In this document: positions 10,870 to 19,258 of the stretch, in pieces
Layout: each line of letters begins with the position of its first letter
Position numbering within the stretch: the first letter of the stretch is position 1
Assembly (NCBI GenBank): GCA_030267125.1
Contig: JAJDJJ010000001.1
Span: 6,249-70,248, forward strand
Reading direction: 5' to 3'
DNA: 64,000 nucleotides
Source: Bacteroidales bacterium OttesenSCG-928-B11
GTDB taxonomy: Bacteria > Bacteroidota > Bacteroidia > Bacteroidales > WCHB1-69
Made by a program: the position numbers and the translations under genes
The notes under the pieces: model-generated
Seen by the model: only the letters and a program-made list of their open reading frames with translations
Databases searched by the model: none
Told to the model about the DNA's origin: nothing

Positions 10870-11711
10870 TGAAATTCTTTGTCGAAAAATTAATGCGTGT
10901 CTTGATGGTGCTTTCGCTACTGCTGGTTTTCGGTTTTGTTATCAGTATTATTTTTACCATCTTTTCCAAAGGATGGAGCGCGATGAGCTGGGATATGATT
11001 ACGAAATTACCCGGCGGCGGTTTCTACATCGGTAAGGAAGGCGGTTTTCTCAACGCCATCGTGGGATCGCTTTATATCGTGGGAGCATCTACACTCCTTG
11101 GCTTGTTTATCAGTATACCTGTGGTTTTCTATTTGAATATCTATCTGAAAAAAAATTCCAAATTAGCATACGTCACTCGCTTGGCTTACGATGTGCTTTT
11201 TGGCATACCATCAATTGTGTATGGTGCTTTTGCATTCACAATTATGATCTATTTAGGTATAAAAGCCTCTTTGTTAGGCGGTATTATTGTGATCACTTTA
11301 TTGATCATCCCTATTTTTGTGCGATCGATGGATGAAGTGGCGAAAGAGTTCCCTCGGGAGATTTTGGATGCAACCTATTCGTTAGGGGCAACGCGCTTGG
11401 AAACAATCCGCGTGGTGGTCAGGCAGATCGCTCCGGGTATTGCCACCGCTACGTTACTTTCAATCGGACGCGCCATCGGAGACGCCGCTGCCGTGATGTT
11501 CACTGCCGGCTATACCGATAGTATCCCGACTTCCTTGTCGCAGCCGGCAGCCACATTGCCGTTAGCCGTCTTTTTCCAACTCAGCAGCCCCATAGCTGAA
11601 GTGCAGGATCGAGCCTACGCCGCCGCTTTGGTGCTGACTGTTATTGTTTTAATACTAAGTTTATTGGGGCGTTATTTTACCAATCGTTTTTCGAAAAACA
11701 AATTGAAATGA
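10869..11711 (+). CDS. pstA: Phosphate ABC transporter permease
   Basis: A permease with the loop DATYSLGATRLETI. Its start abuts the pstC stop. Confidence 0.85.
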   Translation: MKFFVEKLMRVLMVLSLLLVFGFVISIIFTIFSKGWSAMSWDMITKLPGGGFYIGKEGGFLNAIVGSLYIVGASTLLGLFISIPVVFYLNIYLKKNSKLAYVTRLAYDVLFGIPSIVYGAFAFTIMIYLGIKASLLGGIIVITLLIIPIFVRSMDEVAKEFPREILDATYSLGATRLETIRVVVRQIAPGIATATLLSIGRAIGDAAAVMFTAGYTDSIPTSLSQPAATLPLAVFFQLSSPIAEVQDRAYAAALVLTVIVLILSLLGRYFTNRFSKNKLK

Positions 11712-12580
11712 GTACGAAATCATCATTTAATTCCTTATATAATAGATACAGCCATTGGCGCGAATCAGCAGCGGTACGCCGCGGGAAAATGTTTCGCCCC
11801 GACTATAAATTTATCCGCAAAAGCGATGAGAGTGAATTAGTGGTTGAGGATTTGAATGTATATATTAAGAATAATCACATTTTGAAAAATATAAATCTGA
11901 CTATTCCTGATAAAAAGATCACTTGTGTCATTGGGCCTTCAGGTTGTGGAAAATCGACGTTGTTGAAAACGTTCAACCGGCTGATTGATTCGGTGGAAGG
12001 GGTGAAGTTGGATGGCAAGGTGTTGATTGATGGGGAGGATATTATTCACAGTGGAACGGAAATTACGGAGTTGCGGCGTAAAATGGGCTTGATATCGCAA
12101 CGTCCCTGTCCGCTACCGATGTCAATTTTCGAAAATGTTGCATACGGTTGTCGCATTCATGGTATTCGTATGCGCCGGAAGTTGAACATGATTGTGCAAC
12201 ACTATCTGAAAGCGGCCGGTTTGTGGGACGAGGTGAAAGATCGTCTTCGTACACCCGCCACAAGGCTCTCCATTGGACAGCAACAACGGTTGTGTTTGGC
12301 GCGCAGTCTCGCCGTGGAACCGCAGTTCATCCTTGCCGACGAAGCGACCAGCGCCCTCGATCCTATCTCCAGTAAAATTATCGAAGATCTTTTCGTAAAA
12401 CTGAAGGAGAACTATTCGATTATCATGGTTACCCACACGCTACACCAGGCGCTTCGCATCGCCGACTATGTGGTTTTTATGTACTTAGGAGAGGTCATCG
12501 AAGCTGGTGACGCCCAAAGTGTCTTTAACAACCCGCAGCATGAATTGACGAAAAAGTACCTTTCGGGAGCTTTCAGCTAA
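11708..12580 (+). CDS. pstB: Phosphate ABC transporter ATP-binding protein
   Basis: Has Walker A (GPSGCGKST), signature LSIGQQQRL and Walker B (ILADEATSALD). Its start overlaps pstA by 4 nt. The roughly 40-aa N-terminal extension means a later start cannot be excluded. Confidence 0.88.
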   Translation: MSTKSSFNSLYNRYSHWRESAAVRRGKMFRPDYKFIRKSDESELVVEDLNVYIKNNHILKNINLTIPDKKITCVIGPSGCGKSTLLKTFNRLIDSVEGVKLDGKVLIDGEDIIHSGTEITELRRKMGLISQRPCPLPMSIFENVAYGCRIHGIRMRRKLNMIVQHYLKAAGLWDEVKDRLRTPATRLSIGQQQRLCLARSLAVEPQFILADEATSALDPISSKIIEDLFVKLKENYSIIMVTHTLHQALRIADYVVFMYLGEVIEAGDAQSVFNNPQHELTKKYLSGAFS

Positions 12581-12626
12581 AAGTTCCGGTATATTATAAA
12601 AGTATGCAAAATAAAAATTTAAGAAT

Positions 12627-13532
12627 ATGGCTGATTATAAATTGACACATCTAAGAGAGTTGGAAGCGGAATCCATCTATATTTTACGGGAAGTGGCAGC
12701 GCAGTTTGAGAAGCCGGTGCTGCTTTTTTCGGGCGGTAAAGACTCTATTGTATTGACACATTTGGCTTACAAAGCGTTTTATCCGGCAAAATTACCATTC
12801 CCGCTGTTGCACATCGACACGGGACACAATTTTGAAGAAACGATCGAATACCGTGATGCACTCGTTGATAAATTAGGTGCTACGTTAGTGATCGGTTCAG
12901 TGCAGGAGTCGATCGATAAGGGACGGGTGAAAGAGGAAACAGGGTATGATGCGAGTCGTAATAAGTTGCAAACCACAACATTGCTTGATGCTATCGAAGA
13001 GTATAAATTTGATGCGGCGATCGGTGGTGCGCGCCGTGATGAAGAGAAAGCCCGTGCAAAAGAGCGTATATTTTCTCATCGCGATGATTTCGGACAGTGG
13101 AATCCCAAGAACCAGCGCCCCGAATTGTGGAACATCTTCAACGGACACAAAAATATGGGTGAACATTTCCGGGTATTTCCCATCAGCAACTGGACGGAAA
13201 TGGATGTGTGGCAATATATTTTGCAAGAAAATATAGAAATGCCGAGTATCTATTTTACCCATGAAAGAGCTGTTTTCCAACGCGATGGGCAATGGCTGGC
13301 TGCGGAATCCTGTATGAAGCTGCGTCCAACGGAGGCGGTGGAAGTCCGTCGGGTGCGTTGCCGTACTATCGGCGATATCAGTTGCACCGGGCTAACCCTC
13401 TCGGAAGCACATACTTTGGAAGACATCATCGAGGAAATTGCCGCAACTCGTGTTACTGAGCGAGGTAGCCGCGCCGATGACAAACGCTCCGAAACAGCCA
13501 TGGAGGATAGGAAAAAGTCAGGATATTTTTAA
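12627..13532 (+). CDS. cysD: Sulfate adenylyltransferase subunit 2
   Basis: PAPS-reductase-fold PP-loop (LFSGGKDS). Typical CysD regions are present (LHIDTGHNF, GGARRDEEKARAKERIFS, FRVFPISNWTE.DVW.YI). Confidence 0.92.
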   Translation: MADYKLTHLRELEAESIYILREVAAQFEKPVLLFSGGKDSIVLTHLAYKAFYPAKLPFPLLHIDTGHNFEETIEYRDALVDKLGATLVIGSVQESIDKGRVKEETGYDASRNKLQTTTLLDAIEEYKFDAAIGGARRDEEKARAKERIFSHRDDFGQWNPKNQRPELWNIFNGHKNMGEHFRVFPISNWTEMDVWQYILQENIEMPSIYFTHERAVFQRDGQWLAAESCMKLRPTEAVEVRRVRCRTIGDISCTGLTLSEAHTLEDIIEEIAATRVTERGSRADDKRSETAMEDRKKSGYF

Positions 13533-13579
13533 AAGATAGCGAAATGTAGAAACTGCGGAAATAATATTGAACAATGACC

Positions 13580-14569
13580 TTACAGTGGCATTCTTCTTAT
13601 TCTGTCTGTTAATTCTATCATTCGGTCTACTAACTCACTGAATGTTTTTTTGGATTTATCATAAATGAAACTTTCCTGCAAATTTTCATAATCGCTTTTC
13701 CAACTATTTATCAATTTCTCCGGAGGGCAAATTTGTATCTGATCTGGATAATGTGTTTGATAATCAATACCTTGAATGTTATTAAACTTTTGACGGTGTC
13801 TGAGAACTATTTTATACAAGTCAGTATTCTGCAATGCAGATTCTGCGAATGGACTGTCCATCATTTTCTCCAAATCATATAAATGCCTTGACATCCTTTC
13901 AGTACGAGGATTTTCTTTTTGATACTCTTCGTGCAGTAGAAATATCTTTTCCAAGAAAGTGCGTTCCGGTAATACAGACTTAAATAAACATTTCATTTCG
14001 TTATCTATTTCCGGATATTCAGAATGGATAAGTGTTTCAATTTCTCTTTTTTCAAATGGCTCATCGAGCGACATTGCACTAAATTCAATTTTTACAACGG
14101 GAAGAAGATAGTCAATTACCACGGGAAGAATGCTGTTATATTTCAGCACAACTACAACAATCATATCACTACTATTCTTCGTAACAAGCTCTATCTCAAA
14201 ACCGCTTATCCGATTTAAACTTAGAATATCTTTCAATTCATCTATTAGAATTTCCTTAATATAGTGAAATGCTTTTCGGCGAATTGCTGTTCGTTGTTGA
14301 GAGGTTTCATCGGGTAAATTGAAAAATGAACGACTTATCGCTAAATCGATATCTTCGCTGAAACGATTAATTAATCCCCACGCCTTACTTAATGAAGTCC
14401 CGCCCTTAAATTGTAAAAATTCGGTACATGAAGTTCTCGACAATGCCATCAAAAGAGCATTTACCCACCAATCTTTTTCAATGGCTTGTTCTACAATCTT
14501 TTTTGCTTCAGCCGTTTGTTGAAGTAAAACAAGTTTTTCATCATTATTGTAGTTTAGCCAAATATTCAT
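13580..14569 (-). CDS. AbiEii/AbiGii-family nucleotidyltransferase toxin (type IV TA)
   Basis: The N-terminal region FKGGTSLSKAWGLINRFSEDIDLAI matches the conserved GGT.L...RfSeDiD nucleotidyltransferase core of DUF1814/AbiEii proteins. Its start overlaps the stop of the upstream antitoxin-like gene by 4 nt. Confidence 0.75.
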   Translation of the reverse strand: MNIWLNYNNDEKLVLLQQTAEAKKIVEQAIEKDWWVNALLMALSRTSCTEFLQFKGGTSLSKAWGLINRFSEDIDLAISRSFFNLPDETSQQRTAIRRKAFHYIKEILIDELKDILSLNRISGFEIELVTKNSSDMIVVVVLKYNSILPVVIDYLLPVVKIEFSAMSLDEPFEKREIETLIHSEYPEIDNEMKCLFKSVLPERTFLEKIFLLHEEYQKENPRTERMSRHLYDLEKMMDSPFAESALQNTDLYKIVLRHRQKFNNIQGIDYQTHYPDQIQICPPEKLINSWKSDYENLQESFIYDKSKKTFSELVDRMIELTDRIRRMPL

Positions 14570-15183
14570 TGATTTGTAGTTTTGATGATCGGTAAGAGCA
14601 ATTCTTTAATCCATACAGGTGCTAAATATAAATCGTGCATCATTGTACTCTTTTCTTCTGCATTACTATCGGAGATAAATTTGATAATCTTGTTTCTGAT
14701 GACATCTGTAACATGTTCTTCGCCAAGTTCTTTCAAAGCAATGATTATCAATGGCAAAATCTTACCTTTGTATTGAAAGTTTTTTTGAATAACATTTTTA
14801 AAAATAATAGTTCTTTCACCAACTTTCACTTTCCGTTTTGCACCATTGGTAATATAGACAGCGTTCATCGGAACTTGAGTGGAAAATCCCAAAATATTTA
14901 ATGCAGTATCGCCCGTTGGCATAATTTGAGCCTTGTCTCGTTCCGCAATTTTTTGAGCAATTTGGTCAATTGTAGGATGCAAAATGCCAAATTGCGTTTT
15001 TTTCGGATTCATGTAAATGCCTGTTGCCACACGAACAATGGCACCTTCTTTTTGTAAGCGTGATAGTGCACGAGTAACAAGACTGTCGTTGTTTAAATCT
15101 TCGAAATCGCTGATTGTAAACAATTTTCCTTTTTCAATACACTTGGCTCGTTCTCGTATTATTTGTGAAACACTTTCTGGCAT
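14566..15183 (-). CDS. AbiEi-like antitoxin / transcriptional regulator
   Basis: A 205-aa protein directly upstream of, and translationally coupled to, the AbiEii-like gene. The N-terminal region looks like a winged helix (FTISDFEDLNNDSLVTRALSRLQKEGAIVRVATGIY). A palindrome lies just upstream of its start. Confidence 0.6.
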   Translation of the reverse strand: MPESVSQIIRERAKCIEKGKLFTISDFEDLNNDSLVTRALSRLQKEGAIVRVATGIYMNPKKTQFGILHPTIDQIAQKIAERDKAQIMPTGDTALNILGFSTQVPMNAVYITNGAKRKVKVGERTIIFKNVIQKNFQYKGKILPLIIIALKELGEEHVTDVIRNKIIKFISDSNAEEKSTMMHDLYLAPVWIKELLLPIIKTTNQ

Positions 15184-15201
15184 CTCTTTGGGTTAATTTA
15201 C

Positions 15202-15232
15202 TTGTCCGAAATATTCGGTAAATTTCGGACAA
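15202..15232. promoter_or_regulatory. Perfect 11-bp inverted repeat; candidate AbiEi operator
   Basis: TTGTCCGAAAT (15202-15212), a 9-nt spacer, then ATTTCGGACAA (15222-15232). A nested CCGAA-ATA-TTCGG palindrome lies inside. It sits 19 nt upstream of the abiEi-like start codon. Confidence 0.5.
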
Positions 15233-15468
15233 AGATATAATTTTTTATTGTGATTTATTCCTCAAATAGAAATATTGCGATACTTCCCGAAAGACAAGAT
15301 TATTCTTACTTAATAATTGGAGGACTATAGATCGACTATTTCACAAAGATTCCTCTTTTTGGGAGAGTAATATTTGTTATTTTTGCCGCTGCTAATTAGA
15401 GCTGTGGAATTTCTCTTGTTAGTCGCAATTTAATCCCAATCCTTAACCTCAAACCAATAAAAAAGAAT

Positions 15469-16749
15469 ATGTCAACAACAAAAGGATATTTAGATATGGA
15501 GTTGCTCCGGTTCACTACGGCAGGAAGCGTGGATGACGGGAAGAGTACGCTCATCGGTCGTTTACTCTATGACAGTAAGTCGATTTTTGAAGATCAATTG
15601 GAAGCGGTAGAAGCAGCTTCCAAGCGTAGTGGTAATGAAGAGGTAAATCTGGCGCTGCTCACCGACGGTCTGCGGGCGGAACGCGAACAAGGGATTACCA
15701 TCGATGTGGCATACCGCTATTTTGCCACGCCTAAACGCAAATTCATTATCGCCGACACCCCCGGACACATTCAATATACCCGCAATATGGTGACGGGAGC
15801 CTCGACTGCCGATCTTGCCATTATTCTCGTAGATGCGCGACACGGCGTGGTGGAACAGACCGTACGCCATTCCTATATCGCCTCATTATTAGGTATTCCT
15901 CATATTGTAGTGTGTGTCAATAAAATGGACTTAGTGGATTTTTCAAAGGATGTATTTGATAAAATCTGTGATGATTACAACAAGATGCTGGAACCATTGG
16001 AAATAGGGAAGGTGAAGTTTATCCCGATTTCAGCGAAATATGGCGATAATGTGGTTGGGAAATCGGAACGGATAACTTGGTATGATGGTCCGACACTGAT
16101 GGAGGTTTTAGAGAATACCCCGATTGAACATAAAATCAACTCGCAAGAAGTGCGAATGCCGGTGCAATATGTGATTCGTCCGATCTCCGATAAGTTTCCC
16201 GATTTTAGAGGATATGCGGGGCGGATGGCAGGCGGTATTCTGAAAACCGGCGATGAGGTGCATATACTACCTTCCGGTCTTAAATCGAGAGTGAAAACGC
16301 TGAGCCAGGCGGAGAAGGAATTGGATGAGGTGTTCACCCCCGATTGGATAACGATCCAGTTGGAAGACGATATTGATATAAGCCGCGGAGATATGATAGT
16401 GGGTGCGCAAGGTATTATGCCGCTGATTTCGCGCGAAATCACGATGACGGTTTGCTGGTTCAACGAAAACCCAATGCGACTCAACGGTCGTTATCTCATC
16501 AAACAAGCGACTAATGAAACCCTCGGTGTTGTAAAGACTATTCATTATAAACACAATATCAACACCCTCGCAAGGGAGTATGATATGCAGGAGCTGCAAA
16601 TGAACGATATCGCAACCATTACCATCAAAACCGCTAATCCTTTGGTTATCGACAGCTATAAACACAACCGAACTACCGGTAGTCTTGTTTTTATAGACCA
16701 GCATACATTTGAAACGGTAGGAGTGGGGATGATTGTTGGCGGAGAGTAA
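15469..16749 (+). CDS. cysN: Sulfate adenylyltransferase subunit 1 (GTPase)
   Basis: GTPase motifs are present: GSVDDGKST (G1), DTPGH (G3) and NKMD (G4). The architecture is EF-Tu-like. No fused APS-kinase domain is present. Confidence 0.92.
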   Translation: MSTTKGYLDMELLRFTTAGSVDDGKSTLIGRLLYDSKSIFEDQLEAVEAASKRSGNEEVNLALLTDGLRAEREQGITIDVAYRYFATPKRKFIIADTPGHIQYTRNMVTGASTADLAIILVDARHGVVEQTVRHSYIASLLGIPHIVVCVNKMDLVDFSKDVFDKICDDYNKMLEPLEIGKVKFIPISAKYGDNVVGKSERITWYDGPTLMEVLENTPIEHKINSQEVRMPVQYVIRPISDKFPDFRGYAGRMAGGILKTGDEVHILPSGLKSRVKTLSQAEKELDEVFTPDWITIQLEDDIDISRGDMIVGAQGIMPLISREITMTVCWFNENPMRLNGRYLIKQATNETLGVVKTIHYKHNINTLAREYDMQELQMNDIATITIKTANPLVIDSYKHNRTTGSLVFIDQHTFETVGVGMIVGGE

Positions 16750-16816
16750 CGAAGACACGAGGAAGCAAACCGATAAGAAGTCGGAGAGTAGATAGATAGC
16801 TTTAAAATCTTTAATT

Positions 16817-17521
16817 ATGTATGCGAAAGATGAATTAGAAAAATGGAATGAACAATTTGTGAAAGCTTATCCCCAAGAGGTGTTGCGGTTTTTCATGGAG
16901 ATGTTCGGAAATAAGATAGCCCTGTCATCCAGCCTCAGTATTGAGGATCAAGTGTTGACTGATATGATGGTGAAGATCGACAAGTCATCCCGGATCTTTA
17001 CACTTGATACCGGTCGTCTTTTCCCCGAAACATATCAATTGATAGACAAAACCAACATGCAGTATGGTATTCGTATCGGCATATATTTCCCCGATAATGA
17101 ACAAGTGGAAAAAATGGTGAATACGGACGGTGTTAATCTCTTCTATGATAGTATAGAAAACAGGAAACGCTGTTGCGGCATTCGAAAGATCGAGCCGTTG
17201 CGCCGGGCATTCACTTCGCTGGACGCTTGGATTTGCGGACTTCGCCGTGAACAATCGGTGACGCGGAAAGAGATGAGAATGGTTGAGTGGGATGAAAACA
17301 ACGGTCTGCTGAAAATCAACCCGCTCATTAACTGGACGGAAGAGCAGACATGGGAATATATTAAGGCAAACCAAGTGCCGTATAACAAATTGCACGACAA
17401 AGGATTTCCGAGCATTGGTTGCGAACCTTGCACGCGGGCGGTGAAACCCGGCGAAGATATTCGTGCGGGTAGATGGTGGTGGGAAGACCCGGATCACAAG
17501 GAGTGCGGGCTACATAGATAA
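16817..17521 (+). CDS. cysH: Adenylylsulfate/phosphoadenylylsulfate reductase (APS-reductase-type Cys pattern)
   Basis: PAPS-reductase fold with the C-terminal catalytic ECGLH motif. It also carries the CC (RKRCCGIRK) and CxxC (GCEPCT) cysteines characteristic of Fe-S-containing APS reductases. Confidence 0.88.
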   Translation: MYAKDELEKWNEQFVKAYPQEVLRFFMEMFGNKIALSSSLSIEDQVLTDMMVKIDKSSRIFTLDTGRLFPETYQLIDKTNMQYGIRIGIYFPDNEQVEKMVNTDGVNLFYDSIENRKRCCGIRKIEPLRRAFTSLDAWICGLRREQSVTRKEMRMVEWDENNGLLKINPLINWTEEQTWEYIKANQVPYNKLHDKGFPSIGCEPCTRAVKPGEDIRAGRWWWEDPDHKECGLHR

Positions 17522-17584
17522 AGGCTTGATGGATTAAATTGTTTTTTGTGTCTTTAAATACTATGATTTTAAAAAACGACTTCA

Positions 17585-18607
17585 ATGAAACATAACATTT
17601 TGAAAATCATTTTTCTGTCATTTATATTACTACTGTCTTCCGCTGCTTTCAGCCAGGGAACGGATAGCACAAACCACCGGTTGGAAAAACTGGAAAAAGT
17701 GTTGAGCAAGTTGCCTAAAATTTCTGGATTTGTCAACTTCCGGTATCAATACAGTGAAAATATGAGCACGTTTGATATTCGGCGAGCGCGGTTGGATTTT
17801 AAGGGAGATCTGTCGCCCATTTTCGATTACCGGCTGCAAGTTGAATTTGCATCCAACCCAACTTTACTGGATGGATACATGCGGGCAAAGATCAAACCGT
17901 GGTTGCATATCCAAGCGGGCGAGTTTAAAATTCCGTTCACTTTAGAGAATCCTTATTCGCCTTTAAAGTTGGAATTTATCGACATGCCTTCAACCATTAC
18001 GAGATTCTGTTCGTATCAAGACCTGTCGGGTATCCGTTCCAACGGTCGCGATGTGGGTGTCATGGTAAGCGGTTCGTTTTTCAAAGTCAAGGATTTCTAC
18101 CGGGTTGAATATGCGCTCGGGGTTTTTAACGGCTCCGGCATTAACGTTAGGGATAATAACAAAAGCAAGGATGTGGTCGGACGCATCAACTTCTATCCGA
18201 TCAAGGATTTAACACTTTCGATTTCCGGTTATGTGGGCGAAATGGTACTTGATAACCAGCATTTGTATGCGCGACGGGATCGTTGGAGCGGCGGTATCCG
18301 CTACGAAAATGACAAGTGGAGCATTCGTACGGAATATGTGGGAGGAAATACCGCGGGTGTTCATAGTGATGGTGTTTATGCTCTTGCGGGTTACACTTTT
18401 TTCGGAAAATTGATGCCGGCACTTCGGTACGATCTCTTCAGGGAAGATGTAAATAACGATAATTCAATACAGATGGATTATGCCGTAGCCATCAATTACC
18501 AGCCATATAAATTTTTACGCTGCCAATTGAACTACACGTATAAAACTTATGCGGATGACCGTCTTAACGAAAATTTGATAGGCGTAATGGTAAGTGCGAT
18601 TTTCTAA
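17585..18607 (+). CDS. Outer-membrane beta-barrel porin (phosphate-selective porin O/P-like)
   Basis: Has a signal peptide (SSAAFSQG), alternating beta-strand patterning, and a C-terminal aromatic residue (...MVSAIF). Confidence 0.6.
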   Translation: MKHNILKIIFLSFILLLSSAAFSQGTDSTNHRLEKLEKVLSKLPKISGFVNFRYQYSENMSTFDIRRARLDFKGDLSPIFDYRLQVEFASNPTLLDGYMRAKIKPWLHIQAGEFKIPFTLENPYSPLKLEFIDMPSTITRFCSYQDLSGIRSNGRDVGVMVSGSFFKVKDFYRVEYALGVFNGSGINVRDNNKSKDVVGRINFYPIKDLTLSISGYVGEMVLDNQHLYARRDRWSGGIRYENDKWSIRTEYVGGNTAGVHSDGVYALAGYTFFGKLMPALRYDLFREDVNNDNSIQMDYAVAINYQPYKFLRCQLNYTYKTYADDRLNENLIGVMVSAIF

Positions 18608-18644
18608 CGTAACCATTCCGTCAACGCCGTCTCTCCCAATAAAA

Positions 18645-18669
18645 GAGGCTGCCTTTTTGAGACAGCCTC
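18645..18669. terminator. Hairpin between convergent genes (candidate bidirectional terminator)
   Basis: GAGGCTG (18645-18651) pairs with CAGCCTC (18663-18669) across an 11-nt T-rich loop. It lies between the porin stop (18607) and the minus-strand lipoprotein stop (18694). Confidence 0.4.
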
Positions 18670-18693
18670 CTACTCGATTAGAACGAGAATCTT

Positions 18694-19149
18694 CTATTGT
18701 TGTCTGGTTAACACAAGTTTTTCGTTATAAATTAACTGATCGGTTAATTTAACATCCAGTGTCATCTCATCTTCCGTAGCCGTGCCGCTCCAGATCTCCG
18801 TATCAATAACTAACTCTACGTTTGATTTTTTGGAGGAGTAGGTTCCATAGTAATTCTTATTTATCGTCTCTCTAAGCGTATCGCCGAATGCCTCTCTGTA
18901 ACGAGCTGTTTCAGAGTGTAATTTCACCAACACGTCATCATCTGAAGAGAAAGTTACGGTAAAATCAAAATCAGAATCTACGGTACCACCGACATACTCT
19001 TGGTGCGTTGATAAACTGCCTGTCCAAGTTGTTCCGTCATACTTGCCGTCTTTTGTACAAGAAGTCATAAAAAGAACAGCAAAAGAGATCATGCATGCTG
19101 TTAAAAATCGTTTTTTACCTGCATTGAAAATTGATAGTTTTTTCTCCAT
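18694..19149 (-). CDS. Small lipoprotein, last gene of the T6SS string (TssQ-like position)
   Basis: Has a signal peptide plus lipobox-like LFMTSC. The 151-aa protein is beta-rich. It is co-directional with tssF and about 110 bp downstream of it. Confidence 0.5.
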   Translation of the reverse strand: MEKKLSIFNAGKKRFLTACMISFAVLFMTSCTKDGKYDGTTWTGSLSTHQEYVGGTVDSDFDFTVTFSSDDDVLVKLHSETARYREAFGDTLRETINKNYYGTYSSKKSNVELVIDTEIWSGTATEDEMTLDVKLTDQLIYNEKLVLTRQQ

Positions 19150-19258
19150 AATTGTTTAATTTTAAGTCCTTTGCATTGGACAAGATTAATACTATTGTTT
19201 GTATAAAGATGAATCGCTATTTTTTGCAAAAATAAACTTTTTATGATTTTATTTTGTA

